Source of the DNA: Candidatus Omnitrophota bacterium
GTDB taxonomy: Bacteria > Omnitrophota > Gorgyraeia > Gygaellales > Profunditerraquicolaceae
Length of the DNA stretch: 64,000 bases
Assembly (NCBI GenBank): GCA_043800555.1
Contig: JAZDMX010000021.1
Span: 29,905 to 93,904, forward strand
Reading direction: 5' to 3'
The translations under genes and the position numbers were made by a program. Under the pieces are notes generated by a model. That model was not told the DNA's origin. It saw nothing but the letters and a program-made list of their open reading frames with translations, and did not search any database. Below, one piece after another: positions 47,016 through 56,452 of the stretch. The stretch's first letter is position 1. Each line of letters opens with the position of its first letter.

Positions 47016-47798
47016 CTACCTACCCGGGATTATGATCTCTTGGGCTAAAACAGCGGGATTATGGTAGCGCTTCTTTTTTAAAGTCGAGTTCTTATACTGG
47101 ATCGCCTCTACCGGGCACCACTGCAGGCAGGCCAGGCAATGCTGGCAATGATCAAGCCATTTAGGTTTTCCCTCAAACGATTCAATATTTATGACCGGGC
47201 AGACCCGGATGCAAAACCCGCATTTTGTGCAGGCATCGGTAATCCAAAAGCCTTTTGCCGAAAGAGGGATCTGCGATGAGCCGGCCCGATAGAGCATCTT
47301 AAAAAGCAAAAGGTTCGGCAAAAACGGTTTCTCCTCAAAGATACCCCTATTTTTCTGAAGCGCCATTTTGGCTATAAACGGAATCTTTAATTTTTCTTTC
47401 TTAAACAGCTCTTCCTGTTTTTCCGCGGGGATTGCCCCAGATAACGGCGTATAGTTCCCGGGCATACGCACGGAAAAACCCGCGGCCAGTTCTATCCCGC
47501 GGTTTCTAAGAATCTCTTTTGCCATGCTATGCGCCCGGCCCGCTAAACCGCCGAAAGTAGCTACCGTGAAAATATAAGCGGACGGCTTTAATTCCAATTT
47601 CTTAAGGAATTCGGCGACGATCAACGGAAGGCCGAACATATAAACAGGAAAAACAACCGCCACAATATCGGATAAATCATCCCGGGCTAACGCCTTAACG
47701 ATGGGAGAGATTATCGCCCCATCCAGCTCCTTAGCCAAATCCCTGGCTACTACCAAAGAATTTCCTGTGGCTGAAAAATAATATATAGCCGCCTTCAT
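47016..47798 (-). CDS. EFR1-family flavodoxin-ferredoxin
   Basis: YFSATGNS flavodoxin motif plus two CxxCxxCxxxCP motifs. Confidence 0.92.
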   Translation of the reverse strand: MKAAIYYFSATGNSLVVARDLAKELDGAIISPIVKALARDDLSDIVAVVFPVYMFGLPLIVAEFLKKLELKPSAYIFTVATFGGLAGRAHSMAKEILRNRGIELAAGFSVRMPGNYTPLSGAIPAEKQEELFKKEKLKIPFIAKMALQKNRGIFEEKPFLPNLLLFKMLYRAGSSQIPLSAKGFWITDACTKCGFCIRVCPVINIESFEGKPKWLDHCQHCLACLQWCPVEAIQYKNSTLKKKRYHNPAVLAQEIIIPGR

Positions 47799-47840
47799 AT
47801 AAGCCCCCTGCCGCTAATACTGCCTAATCTACCGTCCCAC

Positions 47841-48971
47841 TCAAGAAGATAACTGCTTAAAAACCGGGTCAAAGTTTTCCGGCTTCAGGAAATAGCTGAT
47901 CAACCCGGAAAGCCGGTTAATCAATTTGTTGCGGTGTTTTATGTATAGATACAGGCGGATAAAATGAAAATCCAGCCTTTTCTTCGGCTCATAGGTAGTC
48001 GCCCCCATTTCATAGCGCTTAATCCCATGGCCGATACACCATTGCATAAGATCGCGAAACCGCACAAAGTATAAGGAATAAATATAAGCTACCGAATAAT
48101 CAAAACCCAGGTAGTAATCAATAAAATAATCTCCCTCTACAAGGCAGAATGCGAACGCCACCATCCTGGCTTCAATCCTCCACAAGAAAAACCTTGTTTT
48201 ATCAGGCATATTCTTAGCGACACTGGAGAAAAAATCCATAGGCAGCTTCTCAAACCCCATCTCCTGCTTATTGTATGTCTGTAAATAAAGCTCGTAGGCC
48301 TGGGCCAATTCTTCGGGCTCCAAAATGTTTTTAACCGTCAGGACTATTTTCGCTTTAGTGTCCGCCTTCTTGAGGTTCCGTTTCAAGTTTTCTCTGGAGC
48401 TCCGGCTCAACCTCTTTAAATACCCGTCGAAATCCTTAAAGTTAACTTCCATATCGGTAGAAGGGAAGCTTTCCAGCCTTAAATAACCATCCCTAATGGC
48501 CGGATTAAGCATATTTTCATAAGAACCGTTAAAGTCTTTATACATAATCAACCTGGCTTTTTGTTCTTTAGCTAACCTTTCCAATGCCCCGGAAATCTCA
48601 TTCATTACCCGCCCGGTATCTCCGATAACCCCTATCCTTCCTTCTCCCATCGGCAAACCGCAAATTAATGTCTTGGGATTGAATACCTGCGGGGCGATTC
48701 TTTCGATAAGGCCCAGGAGCCTCTTTAAGGGCCCCTTGACAGCGATACTAAGCGGGAAATTTGTAATAAAACAAGAGGTAGCTCCTACCGGCAGGCCACT
48801 TTCATATACGAGGATATAAAAGAAATCAAACTGGTCGAACGATGATTCATCGAGAGACTTAAAAAAATGGTAATTCTCCAAGGCTTTCGGGAAAACGCTT
48901 TTCCAGTCTTTTTCCGGAAACTTGGCTATTTTATCCACTACCTTGACTATGAACTTTGATGCCGTATCCAT
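47841..48971 (-). CDS. GNAT-fold / FemAB-like acyltransferase
   Basis: FDGYLKRLSRSSRENLKR, YYLGFDY..SLYF and YEMGATTYEPKKRL; start at ATG 48971. Confidence 0.8.
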   Translation of the reverse strand: MDTASKFIVKVVDKIAKFPEKDWKSVFPKALENYHFFKSLDESSFDQFDFFYILVYESGLPVGATSCFITNFPLSIAVKGPLKRLLGLIERIAPQVFNPKTLICGLPMGEGRIGVIGDTGRVMNEISGALERLAKEQKARLIMYKDFNGSYENMLNPAIRDGYLRLESFPSTDMEVNFKDFDGYLKRLSRSSRENLKRNLKKADTKAKIVLTVKNILEPEELAQAYELYLQTYNKQEMGFEKLPMDFFSSVAKNMPDKTRFFLWRIEARMVAFAFCLVEGDYFIDYYLGFDYSVAYIYSLYFVRFRDLMQWCIGHGIKRYEMGATTYEPKKRLDFHFIRLYLYIKHRNKLINRLSGLISYFLKPENFDPVFKQLSS

Positions 48972-48973
48972 AG

Positions 48974-49354
48974 CTATCCAAGCGCTACTAATATAATCCC
49001 GAAAACAACAAACATAATACCGGCCCAGCGCCACTTGCCGACTTTTTCTCTCAAAAATATGACCGAGGCTGCTGCAATCAGGACATAACGCATACTATCC
49101 AATGAAAAGGCTAAATTAAGGTCGGCCTTTGTTAGAACAATCAGCCAAAAAACCAAAGAAAACCCGCTCAAGACGAAACCAAGCCACACGCGCGGCAGCC
49201 TGAGCAATTTGCCTGTTAAACGCAACGCCTTCATTATGCTGTTAACATGCCAATTCAGGGAATTGATGGACGACTTGAGTATCAACTGGCTGATAGTGTC
49301 GCAAAGATCGGTAATGGCAATCAAACCGATAACGATAAAAATATGCTCCTTCAT
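48974..49354 (-). CDS. EamA/SMR-like 4-TM transporter (ArnE/F-like)
   Basis: W..VL...DLNLAF and FLREKV..RWAGI motifs. Confidence 0.85.
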   Translation of the reverse strand: MKEHIFIVIGLIAITDLCDTISQLILKSSINSLNWHVNSIMKALRLTGKLLRLPRVWLGFVLSGFSLVFWLIVLTKADLNLAFSLDSMRYVLIAAASVIFLREKVGKWRWAGIMFVVFGIILVALG

Positions 49355-49785
49355 GCCCTCTCTTGGTTATGATTTGTAGTTACCGAAACAAATATTACCC
49401 CTAAGATTATAAATACTATCCCCAGCCAACGGATGGAAGATACCTTCTCGTGGAGGAAAACACTCGAAACTAAAGGGACTAAAATATAGCTGAAGCTTGC
49501 TACCGGCACTGCCACGCTCAAATCAATCTTAGAAAGAATTGTCGACCATATTATAAATATTAAGAAAACAGACAATAATCCCAGCCATAAGAATGGCGAT
49601 AAAACGGCGGCCTTCAGGAACATCGCGCCCTGGATAAAGGTAGCGATTTCCGGGAACCCCCGGGAACTGGCGCTCCTCTTGAAACAAAACTGCGCGAGTG
49701 TTTCCAATATATCGGTGGAAACAAGAAATAGCAGTATTTTAAGCGTAAGGCGTCTTTTCGCGGTCATATTCTTCGGGCATATCAA
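49351..49785 (-). CDS. EamA/SMR-like 4-TM transporter (ArnE/F-like)
   Basis: LSKIDLSVAVP..SYILV and LHEKVS..RWLGI motifs; start may be 49767. Confidence 0.85.
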   Translation of the reverse strand: MICPKNMTAKRRLTLKILLFLVSTDILETLAQFCFKRSASSRGFPEIATFIQGAMFLKAAVLSPFLWLGLLSVFLIFIIWSTILSKIDLSVAVPVASFSYILVPLVSSVFLHEKVSSIRWLGIVFIILGVIFVSVTTNHNQERA

Positions 49786-50067
49786 AAAGAGCCTTGATCT
49801 AATTAGTAACCAAGGCCATTTTCATTCCTATAATCTAATTGCTAATGATTATAGTTTAATTAATGTAGAATAACAAGTAAATTCCGCCTATTGTTATGCT
49901 TACTATATTAGAGGTAAAATCGTAGGGTCTCCCCGGGAATTTAGTAAAAAAGTGAAAACAACGCGAACGGAATGGTTTTATTCCCGCGGATATTAATTGC
50001 AATCAGAAAAGCATAAACCAAAATATATTATGATTTCTTTAAATATTAATCCGGCAGGGTAAAGCAA

Positions 50068-50220
50068 TCAGAAGCAAAAGATAATAATGTTAGCGAAGAA
50101 ATAAAGAAAGGCGATAAACAATTCTTTCGGGCTTCCCGAATGGGACATTCTCAACAGGCCTGCGGCCATAAGCAGTAATGAACCTATGACCGCTACGATT
50201 TGATATGCCTGCAACTTCAT
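50068..50220 (-). CDS. Small two-TM protein (50 aa)
   Basis: GGAGGAG RBS; ATG 1 nt after the helicase stop; MKLQAYQIVAVIGSLLLMAAG... Confidence 0.55.
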   Translation of the reverse strand: MKLQAYQIVAVIGSLLLMAAGLLRMSHSGSPKELFIAFLYFFANIIIFCF

Positions 50221-50221
50221 C

Positions 50222-51505
50222 CTACCTGCTCCTCCCGCGGAAGAATTTAGGACGCCCGGCATTGCGATGAGGCTGTTTAGACCTGCCCTGGTAAGAAGAC
50301 CTGCCCTGGTAAGAAGATTTACCGGATTCAATAAATTGTTCATGTGGAACATCGGGGTGTTTCGATATGGGCAGAGTAGACCGGATAATCTTTTCTATAT
50401 CGCGGACATCGTTGCTCTGATCAGGCGTAGCGAAAGAAACCGCGTTCCCCTTTTGCCCTGCCCTGGCTGTGCGCCCGATACGATGCACGTAATTCTCCGC
50501 GTCTTCCGGAAGGTCATAATTAACGACCAGTTCTATGCCGGTAACGTCAATGCCCCTGGAAGCGATATCCGTAGCGACAAGGACCTTATACCTTCCGGAT
50601 TTAAAACCGTCTAAAGCCTCCCTCCTCTGGCTTAAAGAGCGGTTAGAGTGGATTTCGGCGGCGCTATAACCTAAGTCCTTAATCGAACGCGTTATTTTCC
50701 TCGCGTTAAATTTGGTGCGGGAAAATAAAAGGACCGCGCCCTTATATTGCGCAAGCAACTTGCTCAAAAGGCGCAATTTTGCTTCTTTTTTCACGATAAA
50801 TAATTCCTGGGTAACGAATTCCGCGGTTGTCCCGGAAGGAGCGATTTCTACGGAAACCGGAAGCTTCATATACTTAGCGGCTATTTCCATAATCTCCTTG
50901 GGGATAGTCGCTGAAAATAACATGGTTTGGCGCGACTGCGGCAAAAAACGCAAAATTTTATTAATCTGCGGGGCAAACCCCATATCCAACATACGGTCTG
51001 CCTCATCCAGCACAAGCATAACTACCTGCTCCGGGAGAAAATTCCATTGCCCCATATGGTCAATGAGCCTTCCGGGAGTGGCAATCACTATCCGGGGGTT
51101 CTTGCGTAAGGCCACAACCTGGGCATGCATAGGCGCTCCACCGATAAGACAAGCAGTCTTCATGCCAAAGGAACGGGCTATCTCCTGAAAAGCCTCGTCA
51201 ATTTGTATGGCAAGCTCGCGGGTAGGCGCAAGAACCAAGCCGATGCCTTTTTTCTGCGCCAGAAGCTGGGCCATGGGGATAGCAAACGAATGCGTCTTAC
51301 CGGTCCCTGTCTGCGCTACGCCGATAATATCTTTTCCCTGTATTGCCAAAGGAATGGCTTTTATCTGTATCGGCGTAGGAGTTTTAAACTTTATACGCTC
51401 CAGAATATCCAGGATCTTCGGAGCAATGCCTAATCCGTAAAAGCTTTCGGAGGAATTCTTATTTTCTACAGGCTCATTTTTATTCAACATTTTATTATTC
51501 ATCAA
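50222..51505 (-). CDS. DEAD-box RNA helicase (RhlE-like)
   Basis: PTPIQ, AQTGTGKT, PTRELA, DEAD, SAT and HRIGRTARAG motifs. Confidence 0.97.
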   Translation of the reverse strand: MMNNKMLNKNEPVENKNSSESFYGLGIAPKILDILERIKFKTPTPIQIKAIPLAIQGKDIIGVAQTGTGKTHSFAIPMAQLLAQKKGIGLVLAPTRELAIQIDEAFQEIARSFGMKTACLIGGAPMHAQVVALRKNPRIVIATPGRLIDHMGQWNFLPEQVVMLVLDEADRMLDMGFAPQINKILRFLPQSRQTMLFSATIPKEIMEIAAKYMKLPVSVEIAPSGTTAEFVTQELFIVKKEAKLRLLSKLLAQYKGAVLLFSRTKFNARKITRSIKDLGYSAAEIHSNRSLSQRREALDGFKSGRYKVLVATDIASRGIDVTGIELVVNYDLPEDAENYVHRIGRTARAGQKGNAVSFATPDQSNDVRDIEKIIRSTLPISKHPDVPHEQFIESGKSSYQGRSSYQGRSKQPHRNAGRPKFFRGRSR

Positions 51506-51886
51506 TCCTTGTGCGCTGCCCTTTTATAATCATCGCTGGCCTGGCCAAGATGGACATGGCAATATGCCTCATGATTATAGATACTAAGTATATGCTTACA
51601 GTGGGGAAATCTGCATTTTCTTCCCTTAAGCGAAGTCTTGATCTTTTTCATAATATCTTGATTACGCCTTCTTTATCCCGGGACAAAAAAACCGTAAAGG
51701 TTAGTAGTCTCCCCCTCTACGGCTTAAGATTATCTAATCCTTGCAATACTGCATTAGTATACCACATTCCTGGCTTTATGCAACTATATCTTCGCCGGCC
51801 AATGGGGATAGCGGCTTCCGGCCGTAAACTGTTTGTTTTATCAAGAAATCCCCCGGCATGGCGCTACTGCCGACAAAAATCATCTC

Positions 51887-52642
51887 CTAATGTTTATTAA
51901 GGCTTTTCTCGATACGCTTGTAATCATCAATTTCGCAATGCAATTGCCGGTTAATTATTTCTAGAGCGCAAGATGCAGTTTCCATCTGGATCCTTTTCTT
52001 TTGGATAAGGTAAAGAATATAACCGGAGGTCAAAAACAAGAGTAAAAATAATCCTACCAGAACGGATATATCTCTTAAATTCCTGTATATCGGCCCGGTA
52101 AGCGCGCTAAGGCTTTCTGTTACGACGACAGAATATCCCCCTAAGCGCGCGAAAGCAAATAACTTCATTTCTTTGCCCGCCTCATTGCCTTTTGCGGGGA
52201 ATACTAGAATAGCCTTCCCTGAACTGTTAGAATCCATACTGTCCACAAACGCATTTAACCGGGAATACTCCTGCGCGTTCAACTCCTCTTTACCCACCTC
52301 AAGGATATTCTTGCCTACGCGCCTTTTAACCGGGTCCGCAAGAATGACATGCTTATCATTCATAACAAAGGTGGCAAATTCTTCTTCGTCGTTTATATGC
52401 TGTATCAGCTTATCTATATACCGGGGTTCCTGGTTAATCGCAATGACCCCGCTTTCAATATCCTGACTGACTGACTTGGCGATAATCAAAAGCTCGCGCA
52501 ACTCCGCCTTAATGACAGAACGCTCAAAATCACGATGGTTAACCCATCCTAACGCCAGGATAATGCCCCCCAGCAAGATAAACAAAGAAAATAATAAAAT
52601 GTTTCTTTGCCTCGGGGTATATCTAATTGATATTTTCATCAT
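51887..52642 (-). CDS. Membrane sensor-like protein (TM-Cache-like-TM-coiled coil) without output domain
   Basis: Two TMs around an extracytoplasmic domain; ends with S-helix-like LHCEIDDYKRIEKSL. Confidence 0.7.
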   Translation of the reverse strand: MMKISIRYTPRQRNILLFSLFILLGGIILALGWVNHRDFERSVIKAELRELLIIAKSVSQDIESGVIAINQEPRYIDKLIQHINDEEEFATFVMNDKHVILADPVKRRVGKNILEVGKEELNAQEYSRLNAFVDSMDSNSSGKAILVFPAKGNEAGKEMKLFAFARLGGYSVVVTESLSALTGPIYRNLRDISVLVGLFLLLFLTSGYILYLIQKKRIQMETASCALEIINRQLHCEIDDYKRIEKSLNKH

Positions 52643-52672
52643 TTTGCTTACCTCTCTCCGGCGTAAATATAT

Positions 52673-53059
52673 TTATTTGGCGTAAAAAAGGCTATAGCAT
52701 AAAACTGCAAGCACAATACAAGTTATAATAACATACGGCTTGTCCTTTTGGCGCAGGAAAATAAATATAGAAAGCGCCACCCTTGCCACAGGAGTTGCGA
52801 TTAACGCCAAAACCCCGAGTTGGATTAAGCCTCTTCCGTGGAAAGAAAACGCGTATTTTATAATCCCCCGCACATGGCGTAACTCTGCGGGTTCTGCCTG
52901 AAAGGTCCTATAATCAGGCAAGGCCAGCCCCCGGCGGAATAAATAAATTATCCCTCCCAGGATAATCAATGAAGCCGCGGCAATAACGCCTGCCCTTAAG
53001 AAATTACCTATAAATTCCTCCACTTTGAGGCCTTGCCGTAACTGCGCTTGCTTAAGCAT
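52673..53059 (-). CDS. DUF1634 membrane protein
   Basis: LRAGV and IQLGVLALIATPVARV motifs; follows TSUP gene. Confidence 0.9.
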   Translation of the reverse strand: MLKQAQLRQGLKVEEFIGNFLRAGVIAAASLIILGGIIYLFRRGLALPDYRTFQAEPAELRHVRGIIKYAFSFHGRGLIQLGVLALIATPVARVALSIFIFLRQKDKPYVIITCIVLAVLCYSLFYAK

Positions 53060-53060
53060 C

Positions 53061-53897
53061 CTAGATACTCCTGGTTAACCCGGAATATATCATTTCTAAT
53101 GCCAATAATAAAATAATCGCTCCGAAAATTATGCGGAGTTTTTTATCCTGGGCGCCAAAAAGATACCGTGAGCCCAGGATAGAACCCGATAAAACCCCTA
53201 ATACAACCGGCATGACCAATACGGGGTCAACATACCCGCGGTTCAGGTATACGCCGGCGCCGGCGGCAGCAGTAACTCCGATCATAAAGTTACTAGTTGC
53301 GGTAGAGACCTTAAAAGGGATACGCATCGCTTGATCCATAGCAATCACCTTAAACGCTCCTGAGCCGATCCCCAATAGGCCCGAGGCGCTTCCGGCTAAA
53401 AACATAAGGCAGAACCCCACCGGCACGCCTTGCACATGGTAATATTCCAATCCCCCGGCGACCGGATATGCCCCATCCAGTTTTAACCGGGCAGCTAAAG
53501 AATCTGACTTATGCGCCAAAGACGACTGGCCTATACGCTTGAACGTCAAATAAGAAGAATATATGAGTATGGCCCCGAAAATTACTACGATAACAGAATC
53601 GGATAGTTTTGTGGCAATGTAGGCACCCAGAAGCGCTCCCAGGGTAGTCGCGACTTCCAAAAACATCCCTATCCTTATATTAGTAAAACCTTCTTTAACA
53701 TAGGCGCAAGCCGCTCCCGAAGAAGTAGCTATTACGGAAATCAAAGAAGCGCCGATAGCGTATTTAATATCTACGCCGAATACCAAAGTCAATAACGGCA
53801 CAATAATAACTCCCCCGCCTAAGCCCACCAATGAACCCAGGAACCCCGCGGCCAAAGAAGCCAGGCCGACCAGCATTGAAAATGTTAGGATATCCAT
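53061..53897 (-). CDS. TauE/SafE (TSUP) family transporter
   Basis: GLGGGVIIVP, SGLLGIGSG and STATSNFMIGVT motifs. Confidence 0.93.
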   Translation of the reverse strand: MDILTFSMLVGLASLAAGFLGSLVGLGGGVIIVPLLTLVFGVDIKYAIGASLISVIATSSGAACAYVKEGFTNIRIGMFLEVATTLGALLGAYIATKLSDSVIVVIFGAILIYSSYLTFKRIGQSSLAHKSDSLAARLKLDGAYPVAGGLEYYHVQGVPVGFCLMFLAGSASGLLGIGSGAFKVIAMDQAMRIPFKVSTATSNFMIGVTAAAGAGVYLNRGYVDPVLVMPVVLGVLSGSILGSRYLFGAQDKKLRIIFGAIILLLALEMIYSGLTRSI

Positions 53898-54332
53898 AAT
53901 TTGTTCATCCGGATAAAAGCTGCTAAAAATAATAAAAGGTTTCCTGGGGATTTATGGCTGCCGGTAAACCGCTATAAGGACACCCCGGGTTGTTTCTCCC
54001 GCAGATCCTTTGCGCCTTTAACCGGGATAAATAAAGGGCGCAAGGCTATCTTTTTGATCCGGGATGCCCTGTTAAAAACCTTCCAATCCCTCTAAGCCAA
54101 ACGCAAAAATTAATCGGCTTAAAAGGTATAAACCGTAAGCGATCAATTCCAGAGATTAAGAGAGCAAAACATCGACAAAACAACTTTTTACTATAGTCAA
54201 ATGTCCGCTCCTCTTGGTTTCATAATATGGCAGGATACGAATTTTGTCAAAGGCTTTAAACGGGCGTCGTCGGATGTTTGCGCTCAAAACGCTCAAAGAG
54301 CCATCCGTAATAACGCTTTAGCAAGCCAGAAA

Positions 54333-54368
54333 ACAAAAGGCTACTGGCGCCCCTACGGCCAATAGCCC
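54333..54368 (-). terminator. Intrinsic terminator after the release-factor-like gene
   Basis: Minus strand GGCTATTGGC...GCCAGTAGCC followed by TTTTGTTTT. Confidence 0.65.
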
Positions 54369-54406
54369 GCAAACCCCTGCTCCGGCAGAATAGACTATCC
54401 CTTCCT

Positions 54407-54814
54407 TTAATCCCCGGTTTCCCGCACGCTAGCCCTCAGGGACTTTTTTATGGCTCGGCGCCGCTTTAACTCTAGAATCTTCAATTTTGCCCGGCGAGAC
54501 CTCTTTCGTTTCTGCCGGCGTATTTTCTCAACACGCTTTTGCTCTTCAGAAATCTTTCCCAAGATTTCGCGCTCAATCTTATTAAGCAACAGTTGCCGGG
54601 CACGATACCGGTTCCGGGCTTGATAGCGCTCCTGCTGGCATTTAACTTCAACTCCCGTAGGCAGATGGCGCAGGTACACGCAGGTGGAAACTTTATTAAC
54701 ATTCTGGCCTCCGGGCCCTTGCGCGCGGATAAACTTCTCAACGATGTCCTCTTCGCGCACTCCCAAACAAGCCATCTTCTCCCGTAATGATTTTTCTTTC
54801 TCTATCCCGGCCAC
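54407..54814 (-). CDS. Class I release-factor-like peptidyl-tRNA hydrolase (ArfB-like)
   Basis: GPGGQNVNKVST GGQ motif, no codon-recognition domain, very basic C-tail. Confidence 0.88.
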   Translation of the reverse strand: MAGIEKEKSLREKMACLGVREEDIVEKFIRAQGPGGQNVNKVSTCVYLRHLPTGVEVKCQQERYQARNRYRARQLLLNKIEREILGKISEEQKRVEKIRRQKRKRSRRAKLKILELKRRRAIKKSLRASVRETGD

Positions 54815-54835
54815 TAAATTAGCCTTACCGTAGTT

Positions 54836-55606
54836 TTAGCTACTTCTTTTATAACCATCCGTATTCCTTCGGGCCTTGGCTTGGCTGCGCCGGCCGTTAT
54901 TCCCTGTTCCAGGCCTGGACAAATGGCTAAACTCGGATTTTCGCATCCGCCCGCTGCTTTCACTAAAAGGCTTGGCATCTCCTGCCGGGCCCTCCCAAGA
55001 TTTAATACCGCTACCGGATTTACCCCAGGGCTTAAACTCTGTCCTGGTTTTCTTCCAAGCCCGGGCATCTGACTCAACCTTCCGCCGGGGTTTTGGCTGA
55101 TCCTTTCTTTTAAGCCAACGCATAGGATTATCCCGGAAATCCTTGCGGGGTTTGGCCTCTTGAGGCATTCCGGTTAATCCTTTACGTTTCATATAGCTAT
55201 TCGTGCGCCTACCGCCCTTATATGTGCCGGGTTTCCTGGAAACCGGGGTAAACCAAGCCTTATCCGGAACTATCTCTTTCTTAAGGCGCTGCTTTTGGGT
55301 GAGCGCCTTAATTTCTAATTGCTTGCTTAGTTTTAATTTCCGAGCGGCTTCTGCTTCTTCTTTAGAGCGCGCGGCGTTTACATCAATAGCCCGCCCCATA
55401 AATTCCTTGCCGTTAAGCGCGGCTATCGCAGCACTCGCCTCTTCGTCATCAGGCATTTCCACAAAACCAAACCCTCGGGACTTAGGCGCTTTTTTTTGCC
55501 TCTCCATCACAATCATCGCAGAAAGAACGCTGCCAAAACCCTCAAAGAGTTTCCTTACGTCGGCATCAGTTGCCTGAAACGGTAAATTTCCCACAAAGAT
55601 ATTCAT
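54836..55606 (-). CDS. RRM RNA-binding protein with long basic tail
   Basis: IFVGNL (RNP2) and RGFGFVEM (RNP1); start at ATG 55606. Confidence 0.9.
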   Translation of the reverse strand: MNIFVGNLPFQATDADVRKLFEGFGSVLSAMIVMERQKKAPKSRGFGFVEMPDDEEASAAIAALNGKEFMGRAIDVNAARSKEEAEAARKLKLSKQLEIKALTQKQRLKKEIVPDKAWFTPVSRKPGTYKGGRRTNSYMKRKGLTGMPQEAKPRKDFRDNPMRWLKRKDQPKPRRKVESDARAWKKTRTEFKPWGKSGSGIKSWEGPAGDAKPFSESSGRMRKSEFSHLSRPGTGNNGRRSQAKARRNTDGYKRSS

Positions 55607-55607
55607 C

Positions 55608-55973
55608 TCAACTTGTTCTTTTCCTTCTCTTTGATTTTTTTCTGGACTTAACCTCCAGGCATAAGACATCCGCTAAAGGAGATAATTTTCCGCCTTCATA
55701 GGGGAATTCTTTGCAATGGGCCGGCTTCAAATTATAATCTACTTTATGAATGGCGCATAACCCTTTAGAAGTAAGAAAAGAACAGCGTTCATCTTCAACG
55801 CCGGTCCCGACCCTATAACCGGAAGGATAATCATCATCCTTTTCAAGATGGTAGAAATCCCCTCCTTTTAATCCGAGAGACAATATCTTTTTAGCTTCAT
55901 CCAAATCTACCCATACCCCAAAATTGCAACAAGCATGCTGTTGGCTGCAATTTTGGCAATTAACCTTCTCCAT
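55608..55973 (-). CDS. YkgJ-family cysteine cluster protein
   Basis: CxxC...CC, CSFL...CAIH and KPAHCKEFPY motifs. Confidence 0.88.
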   Translation of the reverse strand: MEKVNCQNCSQQHACCNFGVWVDLDEAKKILSLGLKGGDFYHLEKDDDYPSGYRVGTGVEDERCSFLTSKGLCAIHKVDYNLKPAHCKEFPYEGGKLSPLADVLCLEVKSRKKSKRRKRTS

Positions 55974-56117
55974 TTATTCTCCTTCTGGGGCCTGCCCGGC
56001 CTCAGGCGTAACCTCTATTGCTTTTTTATCCAGCTTTCTTTGCTTCTTTTCTTCTGCCTTCTTTTTCCTGGCTAACTCTTTCTGGAACTTTTTGTATGAA
56101 TAGTTATCTCTGGCCAC
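55974..56117 (-). CDS. Small basic protein (47 aa)
   Basis: AAGGAGG RBS, GTG start; MARDNYSYKKFQKELARKKKAEEKKQRKLDKK...; stop abuts the next ATG. Not in the ORF track. Confidence 0.75.
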   Translation of the reverse strand: MARDNYSYKKFQKELARKKKAEEKKQRKLDKKAIEVTPEAGQAPEGE

Positions 56118-56452
56118 AACACCCTCCTTAATCCCGTTTATGATGCTGCCTTAGTTAAATTCTACTTCAAACAAAGGCTTTCTTCAAGCCATTTATGCAA
56201 AAGGCAACGCTACTAAACCTTGCTGATCTTCAATAGCAGCGCATTATATCTCTTGGGTTACCCGCGTTTTTAAGCCTTAGCAACCGCTGCCGGGTAAAAA
56301 TATACTATAACGTCATACTTGGGAAATCGTGCCGCGATATCTTTTTCGAAACTCTCCGCAGACTCCCGCGCCTTATCTTTCCGCCGATGAATATCCATAA
56401 CGCAACCTGGGCGCCTATAATGCTTATTATTCCAAATAAATAGCCGTTATTC

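Noticed and set aside
50281-50316. 18-bp tandem duplication ACCTGCCCTGGTAAGAAG x2
   Set aside because: In-frame SSYQGR duplication in the disordered helicase tail, which is ordinary
51511-54095. Plus-strand ORFs 51511-51900 and 53901-54095 in intergenic gaps
   Set aside because: No clear RBS or recognisable protein features; they overlap probable promoter/leader regions of minus-strand genes
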